NCBI GenBank assembly: GCA_031422435.1
Contig: JANPLU010000112.1
Span: 32,001-96,000 of the forward strand
Reading direction: 5' to 3'
From: Acaryochloridaceae cyanobacterium VAR_48_metabat_390
Lineage (GTDB): Bacteria > Cyanobacteriota > Cyanobacteriia > Thermosynechococcales > Thermosynechococcaceae
Length of the DNA: 64,000 nt
Below are positions 30,618 to 39,855 of the stretch, piece after piece (position 1 is the first letter of the stretch; each line of letters begins with the position of its first letter). The translations under genes and the position numbers were made by a program. The notes below the pieces were generated by a model. The model had not been told where the DNA came from, searched no databases, and was given only the letters and a program-made list of their open reading frames with translations.

Positions 30618-31550
30618 CTATGGTGTGGACTCATACTCTTCGTCAATTTCTTCTGACATCTTTTTTATATGCTTAACTTGTTCATGCAGAAAAGATGCAA
30701 AAATATAAGCATCTTCATCATTTAGTTTTGAATTTTTCTTGCATTTAAAATATTGTTCTAGCTCAGTCATAGGATATATGACTTTTTTGTAGTGGTAATT
30801 AATTGACTCACAAGCATCCCATTCTCCTCTCTTTACGAGTTCTACCTTGAATTTTTCAATACATTCTTTGATTAACTGAAGTGAAGAATTTCCGAGATTA
30901 TATCTTTTGCTGTGATAAGTCGCCTCAAGCACTTTGCCAAAATGGTAGTTTAACGTAGTTGGGAGTAAATCAGCTAACTCGGTACCTCTATGTTTATTTC
31001 TATGTTCCATTTCTTGATTTTCTAATTCAGTAATTACCTTTTTTAGGACTTCACCCAGATATTGTTTTTGTATTTTAATTAAATTGGGGATGTCAACGGG
31101 AATCATTTCATCGTCTCTGTCATCTGAATATACAATCGTCAAATCAAAGTTTGTAGGAGAAATTGATATCCTTGTAATGAAGCATGACTTTAAAAGCTTA
31201 TTTTCTTTTTGTTGACCTGGATGCCCAGCAGCGCTATTTCTGATAATTCTGATATGCTCTAAATCTGTTGGAAGTTCAACCTTTATCCCTAAAGAAGCAC
31301 CAATATTTTTAGCGGCATCTTGCTGTAGAAGTAGAGTCTGCAAAATTCCATAAATAATGAGATAACTAGCTCCATTGTCTTGCGTATTGCACAAGCTTGG
31401 ATATGATAAGATAGCTAGCTCTGTGTCGCCAATCAAATCTAGTGAGCTACATAATTTATTCCATTCAGAAGAATCTAAAAGTAGAGCTGATTGTTTCCTG
31501 CCGCTGTTAATAAAATCTCTTATTCGTTCCTCAAGTTGAGATATCGTCAT
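30618..31550 (-). CDS. AT-rich hypothetical protein with HEPN-like RNxxxxH motif
   Basis: 310 aa, visibly low GC, no HIP1 site, IRNSAAGHP. Confidence 0.7.
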   Translation of the reverse strand: MTISQLEERIRDFINSGRKQSALLLDSSEWNKLCSSLDLIGDTELAILSYPSLCNTQDNGASYLIIYGILQTLLLQQDAAKNIGASLGIKVELPTDLEHIRIIRNSAAGHPGQQKENKLLKSCFITRISISPTNFDLTIVYSDDRDDEMIPVDIPNLIKIQKQYLGEVLKKVITELENQEMEHRNKHRGTELADLLPTTLNYHFGKVLEATYHSKRYNLGNSSLQLIKECIEKFKVELVKRGEWDACESINYHYKKVIYPMTELEQYFKCKKNSKLNDEDAYIFASFLHEQVKHIKKMSEEIDEEYESTP

Positions 31551-31732
31551 GTTTTATAGCATTAAAGTGTGACAAGGATTAGAGAGCTAGCTCAATGTTA
31601 AGGGAAGCCATGCGCAGGCTTTAGGTTGTGCTTTCACAACCTAAGTCATGCTGAAGCGACTCATATACAATTAATGTGGACAAAAGGTAACGAATCTGAA
31701 CCTGCTTAGCAAAGGCGCTCTATAACTGGCTT

Positions 31733-33958
31733 ATGTCTTACCCCCTCCACGTCGCATTTATCTGGCATCAACATCAGCCCCTCTACAAAAGCTGTATTAC
31801 CGGACAGTATCATCTGCCCTGGGTGCGTCTGCATGGGGTCAAAGACTATCTAGACCTAATCCTGCTGCTCGAAAAGTATCCCAAACTGCACCAGACCGTG
31901 AACCTTGTGCCGTCCCTGATGCTGCAAATCGAAGATTATGTTGAAGGCAAAGCGATCGATCCTTACCTCGCGGCAACCCTCACCCCGCCCGATCAGTTTA
32001 CCCAGGCGCAAAAAGAATTCACCATTCATCACTTTTTTGATGCCCAGCACCACACCCTCATTGACCCCCACCCACGCTACGCCCAGCTCTATAGCCAGCG
32101 CCAAGACAAAGGCGAAGCCTGGTGTCTCCAAAACTGGGATATGCAGGACTACGGTGACCTACTGGCTTGGCATAACCTGGCCTGGATTGACCCGCTGTTT
32201 TGGGATGACCCCGAAGTGGCGCAGTGGCTCGCGCAAGACCGCAACTTTAGCCTGAGCGATCGCCAGCGTATCATCGCCAAACACCGCCAAATCCTGAGCC
32301 GCATTTTGCCCCAGCATCGCAAAATGCAGGAGAGCGGACAGCTAGAGGTCACAACCACACCCTATACCCATCCCATTTTGCCGCTGTTGGCAGATACCCA
32401 GTCCGGTCGAGTGGCAGTACCCCAAATGCAGTTGCCCCAGCATCGGTTTGAGTGGAAAGAAGATATCCCGCGCCATCTCAAGAAAGCCTGGAAGATGTAC
32501 GAAGAGCGGTTTGGCTGTACGCCAAGAGGTCTATGGCCTTCAGAGCAGTCCGTCAGCCCCAGCATTTTGCCCTATGTGGCAGAGCAGGGCTTCCAGTGGC
32601 TGTGTTCTGATGAAGCAGTTCTGGGCTGGACGCTTAAGCACTTCTTTCATCGAGATGAGCATGGCAATGTCTATGAGCCGGAGCTAATGTATCAGCCCTA
32701 TCGTCTAGAAACCCCTCAAGGCGATCTGGCGATCGTCTTCCGCGATCACCGTCTTTCGGATTTGGTGGGCTTTACCTACAGCGCTATGAACCCTCATGCC
32801 GCCGCCTCGGACTTGATTGGGCACCTCAAGGCGATCGACCATTCCCTTCAGGCCAGACATAAAGACGAAGATGTCGATCAGCCCTGGCTTGTCACCATTG
32901 CCCTAGATGGCGAAAACTGCTGGGAGTTCTATGAAAAAGACGGCATTCCGTTTTTAGAGAGCCTATATAGCCAACTGAGCGATCGCGAAGACATTAAGCT
33001 GGTAACGGTCTCTGAACACCTTGCCAAATATCCACTCCGTAAGACGTTACCCGCCAATCAGCTCCACAGCGGCTCGTGGGTAGACGGCAGCTTTACCACC
33101 TGGATCGGCGATCCGGTCAAAAACCGCGCTTGGGATCTGCTCACCGAGGCACGACAGACCCTAGCCAATCACCCTGAAGCCACTGAAGAAGCGAACCCTG
33201 CCGCCTGGGAAGCCCTTTACGCCGCCGAAGGGTCGGATTGGTTTTGGTGGTTTGGGGAAGGACATTCTTCTAACCAAGATGCCATCTTTGACCTGCTGTT
33301 TCGAGAACACCTGTTTGCCATCTATAGCGCCCTGGGCGAAACGCCCCCCGAAGCGCTGCGCCACCCCCTAGAGCGCCATGAAGAAAAGCAAGACCATCGT
33401 CCTCAAAGCTTTATTCACCCCATCATTAACGGGATGGGCGATGAGCAAGATTGGGATCACGCCGGACGCATTACGGTAGCAGGAGCGCGGGGCACCATGC
33501 ACCGCAGCAGCCCCATTCAGCGCCTATGGTATGGCTTAGATCACCTCAACTTCTATTTCCGCTTTGATTTTCAGGCAGGCAAACAGCTTGGGACAGATAT
33601 TCCGCCAGAGCTGCATCTGTTTTGGTACTACCCTGGTCAAACCATGCACAACAGTCCCATGCCCCTAACCGGACTGCCGCAGACTGCCCCTGTGAACTAT
33701 AACTTCCGGCATCACGTTGGGGTAAATTTAGTAAATGGCGCAGTTTGGATGGAAGAGGCAGGGGACTATCAGCAGTGGGAAGGGCGATCGCACCAAGTCC
33801 AGATGGGTCTGAAGGACTGTATTGAAATTGCTGTGCCCTGGTCTGACCTGCATGTGCAGCCAGACTGGCCGTTGGAGGTGTTAGCAGTTTTATCCCATGA
33901 CGGTCAGTTTGTAGAATACCTGCCAGAAGATGCGCTGATTCCGCTTCAGGTGCCATAA
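31733..33958 (+). CDS. Glycoside hydrolase family 57
   Basis: WHQHQPLY, HPILPLL, WPSEQ, LDGENCWE and AEGSDWFWW motifs. Confidence 0.93.
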   Translation: MSYPLHVAFIWHQHQPLYKSCITGQYHLPWVRLHGVKDYLDLILLLEKYPKLHQTVNLVPSLMLQIEDYVEGKAIDPYLAATLTPPDQFTQAQKEFTIHHFFDAQHHTLIDPHPRYAQLYSQRQDKGEAWCLQNWDMQDYGDLLAWHNLAWIDPLFWDDPEVAQWLAQDRNFSLSDRQRIIAKHRQILSRILPQHRKMQESGQLEVTTTPYTHPILPLLADTQSGRVAVPQMQLPQHRFEWKEDIPRHLKKAWKMYEERFGCTPRGLWPSEQSVSPSILPYVAEQGFQWLCSDEAVLGWTLKHFFHRDEHGNVYEPELMYQPYRLETPQGDLAIVFRDHRLSDLVGFTYSAMNPHAAASDLIGHLKAIDHSLQARHKDEDVDQPWLVTIALDGENCWEFYEKDGIPFLESLYSQLSDREDIKLVTVSEHLAKYPLRKTLPANQLHSGSWVDGSFTTWIGDPVKNRAWDLLTEARQTLANHPEATEEANPAAWEALYAAEGSDWFWWFGEGHSSNQDAIFDLLFREHLFAIYSALGETPPEALRHPLERHEEKQDHRPQSFIHPIINGMGDEQDWDHAGRITVAGARGTMHRSSPIQRLWYGLDHLNFYFRFDFQAGKQLGTDIPPELHLFWYYPGQTMHNSPMPLTGLPQTAPVNYNFRHHVGVNLVNGAVWMEEAGDYQQWEGRSHQVQMGLKDCIEIAVPWSDLHVQPDWPLEVLAVLSHDGQFVEYLPEDALIPLQVP

Positions 33959-33983
33959 TTTTGGGAGTTTACGGTCTTAATTT

Positions 33984-35117
33984 ATGATGCCTTGGAATCT
34001 CCCTGTGGCTTTTGTGGGCGTATCGGCGGCTTCAGTTGTCGTTAGCAGCCTTGCACCTGCTGTCGCGTTGAGCAGTGCGGAGGTCAATAAGATTGCCCGA
34101 AGCGTAACGGTTCGCGTTGTGAGTGCGAGTGGAACAGGCTCAGGGGTGCTGATTCGCAAAGAAGGTAAGACCTATACGCTGCTGACGTCAGCTCATGTAT
34201 TGCCCAATAAAACTGCCGCCGCCGCCACCTACGAGGTGATTACCCCCGATGGTCAGCGCTACAGCTTAGACCGTAGCTCTATTAAGGCTCAGGCTAATAT
34301 AGATCTGGCGATCGCTCAGTTTGTGAGTTCTCAGTCTTACGCTGTGGCGAAGCTGAGTGATGCGGTGGTAACAGAAGGCAACCCCAGCTATGTGGCGGGG
34401 TTCCCTGCAAAAACGGCTGCACTCACAGAGTCTATTTACAGTTTTACAAAAGGTGAGATTACGGCTGCGCCTTTACAGCCCTTTAAGGATGGCTACGGGC
34501 TGGTCTATACCAACACCACGCTGCCAGGTATGAGCGGTGGCCCTATTCTTAATGCGGATGGTGCCTTAATTGGCATTCATGGACGAGCGGATGCCAAAAC
34601 GGAACTTCAAGATCAGTTGCTTAACCCTCAAATTTATGTCAAGTCTGGCGTAAACCTGGGGATTCCGGTCAATGCGGTATTTAGCTTAGTGCCGAAGGCA
34701 AAACTAACCATTGCCGCTGCCTCATCCACTACCGTTAGTTCAGCGCAAGATCGGTCACTCATTAATGACTTGATGGCGCAGTCTAACTTTAAGATGCGAC
34801 AAAATGATGTGGTGGGGGCGATCGCCGCCCTAGATCAAGTGGTGCGTCTAGACCCCAATAACATTGAGGCATACAATGAGCGCGGCTCTTTGTATATGAT
34901 GCGGCGTGATTTTTTGGCGGCAGTGACAGATTTTCGGCAAACGGTGCAGCTCGATCCTAATTTTGCGGGGGGCTATTATAACCAGGGTGTTGCCTATCTG
35001 CGCAGCGGTAGCCCTCGTGAGGCGCAAGCCAATTTCAAAAAGGCGGCTGAGCTATTTAAGGTGCTAGGGAATACTCCCATGTACAAAAAGACGCTGCAAG
35101 AGCTTAAGGGTTTCTAA
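33984..35117 (+). CDS. Trypsin-like serine protease with C-terminal TPRs
   Basis: TSAHV, DLAI and GMSGGP triad motifs; TPR repeats. Confidence 0.9.
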   Translation: MMPWNLPVAFVGVSAASVVVSSLAPAVALSSAEVNKIARSVTVRVVSASGTGSGVLIRKEGKTYTLLTSAHVLPNKTAAAATYEVITPDGQRYSLDRSSIKAQANIDLAIAQFVSSQSYAVAKLSDAVVTEGNPSYVAGFPAKTAALTESIYSFTKGEITAAPLQPFKDGYGLVYTNTTLPGMSGGPILNADGALIGIHGRADAKTELQDQLLNPQIYVKSGVNLGIPVNAVFSLVPKAKLTIAAASSTTVSSAQDRSLINDLMAQSNFKMRQNDVVGAIAALDQVVRLDPNNIEAYNERGSLYMMRRDFLAAVTDFRQTVQLDPNFAGGYYNQGVAYLRSGSPREAQANFKKAAELFKVLGNTPMYKKTLQELKGF

Positions 35118-35253
35118 ACATCGCGTTAAGGTATTGCTTTCTCAATCATGGAGAAAGTCAAACTGCGATCGCACTGCAGTTTATAGCTAAAAGCATCTCA
35201 GCTCACCGATCGGGTCATTTTTTAACCAAACGGTTCACGACCAAAACCGTGAT

Positions 35254-35919
35254 TTACGCTGATTGCGTGTCTTGAGTTTGTTCTCGAATAACGGCGCTCC
35301 AGTTGTCGTTTTCTACAGCGGCTTCTAGCGCCTGCTGTCGCTCTGTATCGGTTTGAGCTATTTCGTGGTGCAGGGTACCGTCTGCCATCGCCCGCCGAAG
35401 CTTTAGTTTTTTCGCTTCATAGGCTTCGCGCTCTACGGGAGACATAGTTTGGCTGGCAGCATCTTTAACGGTGCCAGCCCAAGTCCCGCTGGTATCTGCA
35501 TTGCCTAACGGGACTTGAGGAAGTTCTGCAATCCAAGCATCTCGAAGCTGTTCCATTTCTTCTCGTTTAGGGAACTTGAAGGGTTGGACTTTTACAAAAG
35601 CGCAAGTTTGCTCACCATGCTGAGCAAGATGGCTTTTAAGGGAAAGAGAAACATTACGAGAGTAGCCAACATATTGGGTTTGGCGCTTATGATTCAGCAC
35701 GGCATAGACTCCGGCTACTTTGGCCTCGGCGGTATCTGCACACCAGGTTTCAAGGGTAGTAACAGCACTCTCTGAATTGATTTCTATAGCGGGTGCTTCA
35801 GGTGCTGCTACAGAATGCTCATCTTCGGAGCTGTACAGAAAATCGTGCAGACCACGATGCGCCTGAGGGACGTTTTGATGCTCGACAGAGGTTGAGTGGT
35901 TGGTGGTCACTTGCAGCAC
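35254..35919 (-). CDS. GIY-YIG domain protein
   Basis: GVYAV...QYVGYSRN; start codon uncertain. Confidence 0.8.
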   Translation of the reverse strand: MLQVTTNHSTSVEHQNVPQAHRGLHDFLYSSEDEHSVAAPEAPAIEINSESAVTTLETWCADTAEAKVAGVYAVLNHKRQTQYVGYSRNVSLSLKSHLAQHGEQTCAFVKVQPFKFPKREEMEQLRDAWIAELPQVPLGNADTSGTWAGTVKDAASQTMSPVEREAYEAKKLKLRRAMADGTLHHEIAQTDTERQQALEAAVENDNWSAVIREQTQDTQSA

Positions 35920-36001
35920 TCCAAAAATGGCTTTCGACTATTATCATCTGAAGAACACCCTGATAAATCAAGGATTAATGTAGAAACAATATGAGCGCCA
36001 A

Positions 36002-36142
36002 TATCAAGCTGGTACAAAAGAAACCAGTACCCCTGAAGCGGATACGCTGAAAAAGTTGGCAATATTAGTAGAGCAATACAAAGAAATTCCTTTCCCAATG
36101 GGCTTGCCCGATCTGATTGAGCACACTAACTTTCGGCAGTAA
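36002..36142 (+). pseudogene. Remnant of a HigA-like antitoxin N-terminus
   Basis: Frame reads STPEADTLKKLAILVEQYKEIPFPMGLPDLIEHTNFRQ*; no start codon and no HTH. Confidence 0.5.
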
Positions 36143-36272
36143 CGAAATGGATGAAGCGAGCGGTAGTGGATGGCTTCAGCTCAGCGGTAAAGATGAAGTT
36201 GAGGGGCTAATCAAATTTCATGGGGGCGGTCAATCTACGTTTAAAGCCCGTAAAGCTGACTGACGATGGATT
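36142..36272 (+). repeat. Diverged copy of the 3' end of gene 37751-38101 (other copy 37980-38110)
   Basis: 131 bp alignment with about 12 mismatches. Confidence 0.92.
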
Positions 36273-36356
36273 ATTGGTGAGAGGAAAGGATGATCGCACC
36301 TTGACGCTATGCAATTGCCTCGTCAGATAGAAAATCATTAGCCGTAAATCTCTCCA

Positions 36357-36692
36357 TCAAGCTACGCCATAACCCGTTAGAGGGCGCTTATAGGGTGGAT
36401 GCAATCCCAAAACAATATCTTCCTTCAGTACTCCCATATCCACTAAGTCCTGCGCTAAATCAGCCTCTGTCATATTGCGCTGAATCCAGAGTTTACTATC
36501 CTTAATATCAATATGAATAAAACAGTTATAGACCCGCTTCAGCCCATCCCAACCCACATCTAAAAGTTGATAATGATCGTGCTCAGTATCGAATACAACC
36601 TGACACTCAACGTCTGACCGATTAGAAACTAATACAGCATGAGAATTTAACAACCTACGGATTAATTCTCGATATTGCGTCATTCGTTCCAT
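36357..36692 (-). CDS. xisI: XisI family protein
   Basis: FDTEHDHYQL, HIDIKDSKLWIQ and DIVLG motifs. Confidence 0.9.
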   Translation of the reverse strand: MERMTQYRELIRRLLNSHAVLVSNRSDVECQVVFDTEHDHYQLLDVGWDGLKRVYNCFIHIDIKDSKLWIQRNMTEADLAQDLVDMGVLKEDIVLGLHPPYKRPLTGYGVA

Positions 36693-36925
36693 AACTGCCC
36701 CAGTGCAGCATGAAAATCTGAAATCACAGAAGGATTCAGAAAGCTCTTAATTTCAACCGCGATTCTACGTCCGTTTCGTTCCGCTGCGAATACTCTCTCT
36801 GCTGCCAGATCAATTTTAAACGTAACCCTTTCAATTTTGATCACCGGCGGATCTGCTGTGATTGTCCACTGTTCTTTCAGAAGCGCTTGTCTAACAACAT
36901 CATGAAATAAATCTTTGGCTGCCAT
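36680..36925 (-). pseudogene. xisH: XisH family protein, internally deleted
   Basis: AKDLFHD and IAVEIKSF motifs; ALGQ joins the last residues directly; only 81 aa. Confidence 0.8.
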
Positions 36926-36996
36926 GTTTCAAACCCTTAGATCTAACTGACAATGGATGCTGTCAAACATAGCAATTCTATCCATAGGAGGACAAA

Positions 36997-37311
36997 TTAT
37001 GCAGAAGTAGCAATAATCTGCCCAATTTCTTGAGGGCTAGCACCAGTCGCCAACATTGCTCGGATTAGCAATTCAATTGAAACCGAAGAGTCGCCATTTT
37101 CAGCCATTGCCACTCGTGGCTGACTAGAGCTGATTTTAGTCGCTAACTCTGCTTGAGTCATCAATGATTTACGCCGCTCTTTTAGACCACGACTTAATGC
37201 AAGCCGCATCACGATAATCATAGTTTCTTCGGGCGTGAGTTCTAGAAAATCTGCTGCGTCGCCAATTTTCCAACCTTGTGCTTCTAATCGTTGTTGCTTT
37301 TTACTATCCAT
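36997..37311 (-). CDS. XRE-family HTH antitoxin (HigA-like)
   Basis: MTQAELATKISSSQPRVAMAE HTH; follows a RelE-type toxin gene. Confidence 0.85.
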   Translation of the reverse strand: MDSKKQQRLEAQGWKIGDAADFLELTPEETMIIVMRLALSRGLKERRKSLMTQAELATKISSSQPRVAMAENGDSSVSIELLIRAMLATGASPQEIGQIIATSA

Positions 37312-37314
37312 GTT

Positions 37315-37656
37315 CTATTTCTGATGATCTTGTTCATATCGAGCTAGTCGTTTTTGACAAATCTCAATCACGGGCTTAGGCGTAGTTCTCGTCGTTTTAC
37401 TAAAAACCTCAACAACCACAATCACATCATCATCAATTCGGTAAATGATTTGCCAAATTTTGTCTTGATCGCGGACTCGTAGCTCATGGCAGTGGCTGCC
37501 AATACTGGGCATGGGACGAGAGTGTGGCAGTCCCAGATTTTCGCCTTGCTGAAGTTGACGAAGGAGGAATCCAGCCTCAATTCTGGCAGCAGTACTAAAG
37601 GGTGGAGTTTTGACCTCGCTGTGCAGCCATACAAAAGGTTTTCTAATTTAATCCAT
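37315..37656 (-). pseudogene. RelE/HigB-type toxin with a stop at codon 3
   Basis: ATG GAT TAA, then in-frame IRKPFVWLHSEVKTPPFS...PHSRPMPSIG...HELRV...FSKTT. Confidence 0.8.
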
Positions 37657-37664
37657 ACCTTTTT

Positions 37665-37682
37665 TATATCATATTTGATATA
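37665..37682. promoter_or_regulatory. Palindromic operator upstream of the toxin gene
   Basis: TATATCA-tatt-TGATATA perfect inverted repeat. Confidence 0.55.
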
Positions 37683-37750
37683 TTATCGACACGGGTATGA
37701 TGTTTCCAATGGTGCAATGATATGAGGGCATTTCATAGATGGTTGTTGTA

Positions 37751-38101
37751 ATGCGATACGAAAGACCGGAGCATAACCATTCCCTTATTGGGTTGTGGCA
37801 CATCTACGAAATGGACATGTGGAATGAAGACTACTTCAATATGGAAACCCAAGCCTATATTGAAATCACCCCCACAAATGGTGGAGAGTTCCAGTTCGGG
37901 TTAGTCACGAGTGCCATTGATGGCTATCTCGAAGACAGCAATGGCAAAGCGCGTTTCATCTTTACTTGGGATGGGTCTGACGAGATGGATGAAACGAGCG
38001 GTAGTGGATGGCTTCAGCTCAGCGGCAAAGATGAAGTGGAGGGGCTAATCAAATTTCATGGGGGCGATCGCTCTACCTTCAAAGCCCGAAAAGCTGATTG
38101 A
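37751..38101 (+). CDS. Hypothetical protein (acidic, beta-rich)
   Basis: Open frame; its second copy differs mostly at synonymous sites. Confidence 0.75.
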   Translation: MRYERPEHNHSLIGLWHIYEMDMWNEDYFNMETQAYIEITPTNGGEFQFGLVTSAIDGYLEDSNGKARFIFTWDGSDEMDETSGSGWLQLSGKDEVEGLIKFHGGDRSTFKARKAD

Positions 38102-38210
38102 CGATAGATTCTGGGGTGCAAGGAACGATCAATCTTCCCAGCGCAAGACTGAGCAGTGGAACCCCTCGTGCCTACAATAAGTGGACGGGTCAAAACAGAG
38201 GAGGCTGCTT

Positions 38211-39842
38211 ATGGAGAATCTCAACCCTATCGCCCAAAAGCCTAGGGCTGCGATATTGAAATGGATTGTGATAGTTCTCCTCTGCGTGGGCATTCTGTTT
38301 CGATTTAGCAATCTAGGTCAAAAAGTTTATTGGCACGATGAAGTTTTCACCTCACTGGAGGCTACAGCCCATACGGGTTCAGAACTTACTTCAAAAATGT
38401 TTAACGGGCAGCTAAGAGCGCCTTCAGAATTATTAAGCTATCAACGTATCGATCCAGCTCGAACCATCCCCCAACTCATTTTTGGAATCGGTAGTGAAGA
38501 TCCTCAACATCCGCCTTTGTTTTATGTACTGATGCATTTTTGGATGCGCTGTTGGGGATCTTCAATCGTTGCGACGCGAAGCCTTGCCGCAGTTTTGAGC
38601 CTGCTGGTATTTCCGGCGATGTATTGGCTGTGCCGAGAATTATTTGAATCGCCAGCGGTAGCCTGGATTGCGATCGCCCTTTTAGCCATCTCACCCATCC
38701 ATATGGTGTATGCCCAGGAGGCACGGGAGTACAGCCTGCTCACCGCCCTAACGCTGTTTAGTAGTGCGGCATTGCTTGCAGCCATGCGGCTTAATCAATG
38801 GCAAAACTGGGTGCTGTATGGCGCAACATTAATTTTGGCCTTTTATACCTCCGTATTTTCGGCACTTGTGGCCTTTGGGCACGGCATTTTTTTAGTCTGC
38901 ACCCAGCCGATGAGGATCCGCCAGATCCAGGATGGATTTCAAATACAGTGGCAAGTCAGCAAACGTGCAGTGTATTTTTTGATGACAGGGGCGATCTCTG
39001 TTGTTGCGTTTGCGCCTTGGCTCTATTTTCTCAAAACCTATGCTGCAACGCTTAAAGCTTCGGCGGGGTGGGTCGGGGTTTCTGTCCCTGTTTCTGTAGG
39101 CTTCAAGATGTGGATATTGAACCTGACCCGTGTTTTTCTGGACACCGACACAAATTTATCGGCAGTCAATATAAATCTAAACGGATTTATCTTTTTTTTG
39201 ATTATTTTATTAGAAATTTATGCATTTTATTTTTTGATCAAAAATGGAACGAAGTCTTCCAGGCTATTTATTCTGGCGCTACTGCTGGGGACTTCTCTCC
39301 CCTTAATTTTGCCCGACATCTTATTGGGTGGGCAGCGGTCAACCGTAACACGGTATTTTCTGCCGTTTTTTCTGTGCTTACAAATTGCAGTGGCTTATCT
39401 CATTTCTCAATTATTGTTTACCACTCAAAAGCGTTTAAGCTGTCTGATGGGAGTTGTTTTGTCGGCAGCATTAGTATTCTCAAGCATTTTTTCTTGCGGA
39501 ATGCATTCGCAGGCGAATACCTGGTGGAATAAAATCATGAGCTACCACCACCCCAAAATTGCTCAAATTCTCAATAACAGCAGCCGCCCTATTTTAATCA
39601 CCGATGCCTATGGATATAACCCCGCTAACGCTGTGTCCCTGAGCTACCTACTAAATGATACCGTCAAGCTAATGCTTGTAAAAGAAGTAGGCGTTTCTAA
39701 AGAAATTCCAATTCTTACAGATCTAAATCAGCTTATCTATTTACTCAATTTGCCAGACCTTTTTAGAAATGGATTTGAAGCAAAGTATGGAGGCAAATTT
39801 CAACTTGTTGTAGGAGAATTCTGGTTATGGAAACGGTCTTAA
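38211..39842 (+). CDS. GT-C membrane glycosyltransferase (family 39/ArnT-like)
   Basis: WHDE, QHPPLFY and YAQEAREYSL motifs; many TM helices. Confidence 0.85.
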   Translation: MENLNPIAQKPRAAILKWIVIVLLCVGILFRFSNLGQKVYWHDEVFTSLEATAHTGSELTSKMFNGQLRAPSELLSYQRIDPARTIPQLIFGIGSEDPQHPPLFYVLMHFWMRCWGSSIVATRSLAAVLSLLVFPAMYWLCRELFESPAVAWIAIALLAISPIHMVYAQEAREYSLLTALTLFSSAALLAAMRLNQWQNWVLYGATLILAFYTSVFSALVAFGHGIFLVCTQPMRIRQIQDGFQIQWQVSKRAVYFLMTGAISVVAFAPWLYFLKTYAATLKASAGWVGVSVPVSVGFKMWILNLTRVFLDTDTNLSAVNINLNGFIFFLIILLEIYAFYFLIKNGTKSSRLFILALLLGTSLPLILPDILLGGQRSTVTRYFLPFFLCLQIAVAYLISQLLFTTQKRLSCLMGVVLSAALVFSSIFSCGMHSQANTWWNKIMSYHHPKIAQILNNSSRPILITDAYGYNPANAVSLSYLLNDTVKLMLVKEVGVSKEIPILTDLNQLIYLLNLPDLFRNGFEAKYGGKFQLVVGEFWLWKRS

Positions 39843-39855
39843 CCAAAATGCTGTA

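Noticed and set aside
36357..36925. fdxN excision element
   Set aside because: No xisF recombinase or nif/fdxN genes, and xisH is truncated
36142..38110. 131 bp repeat pair as the TR/VR of a diversity-generating retroelement
   Set aside because: Mismatches are not adenine-specific, are mostly synonymous, and no reverse transcriptase is present in the window
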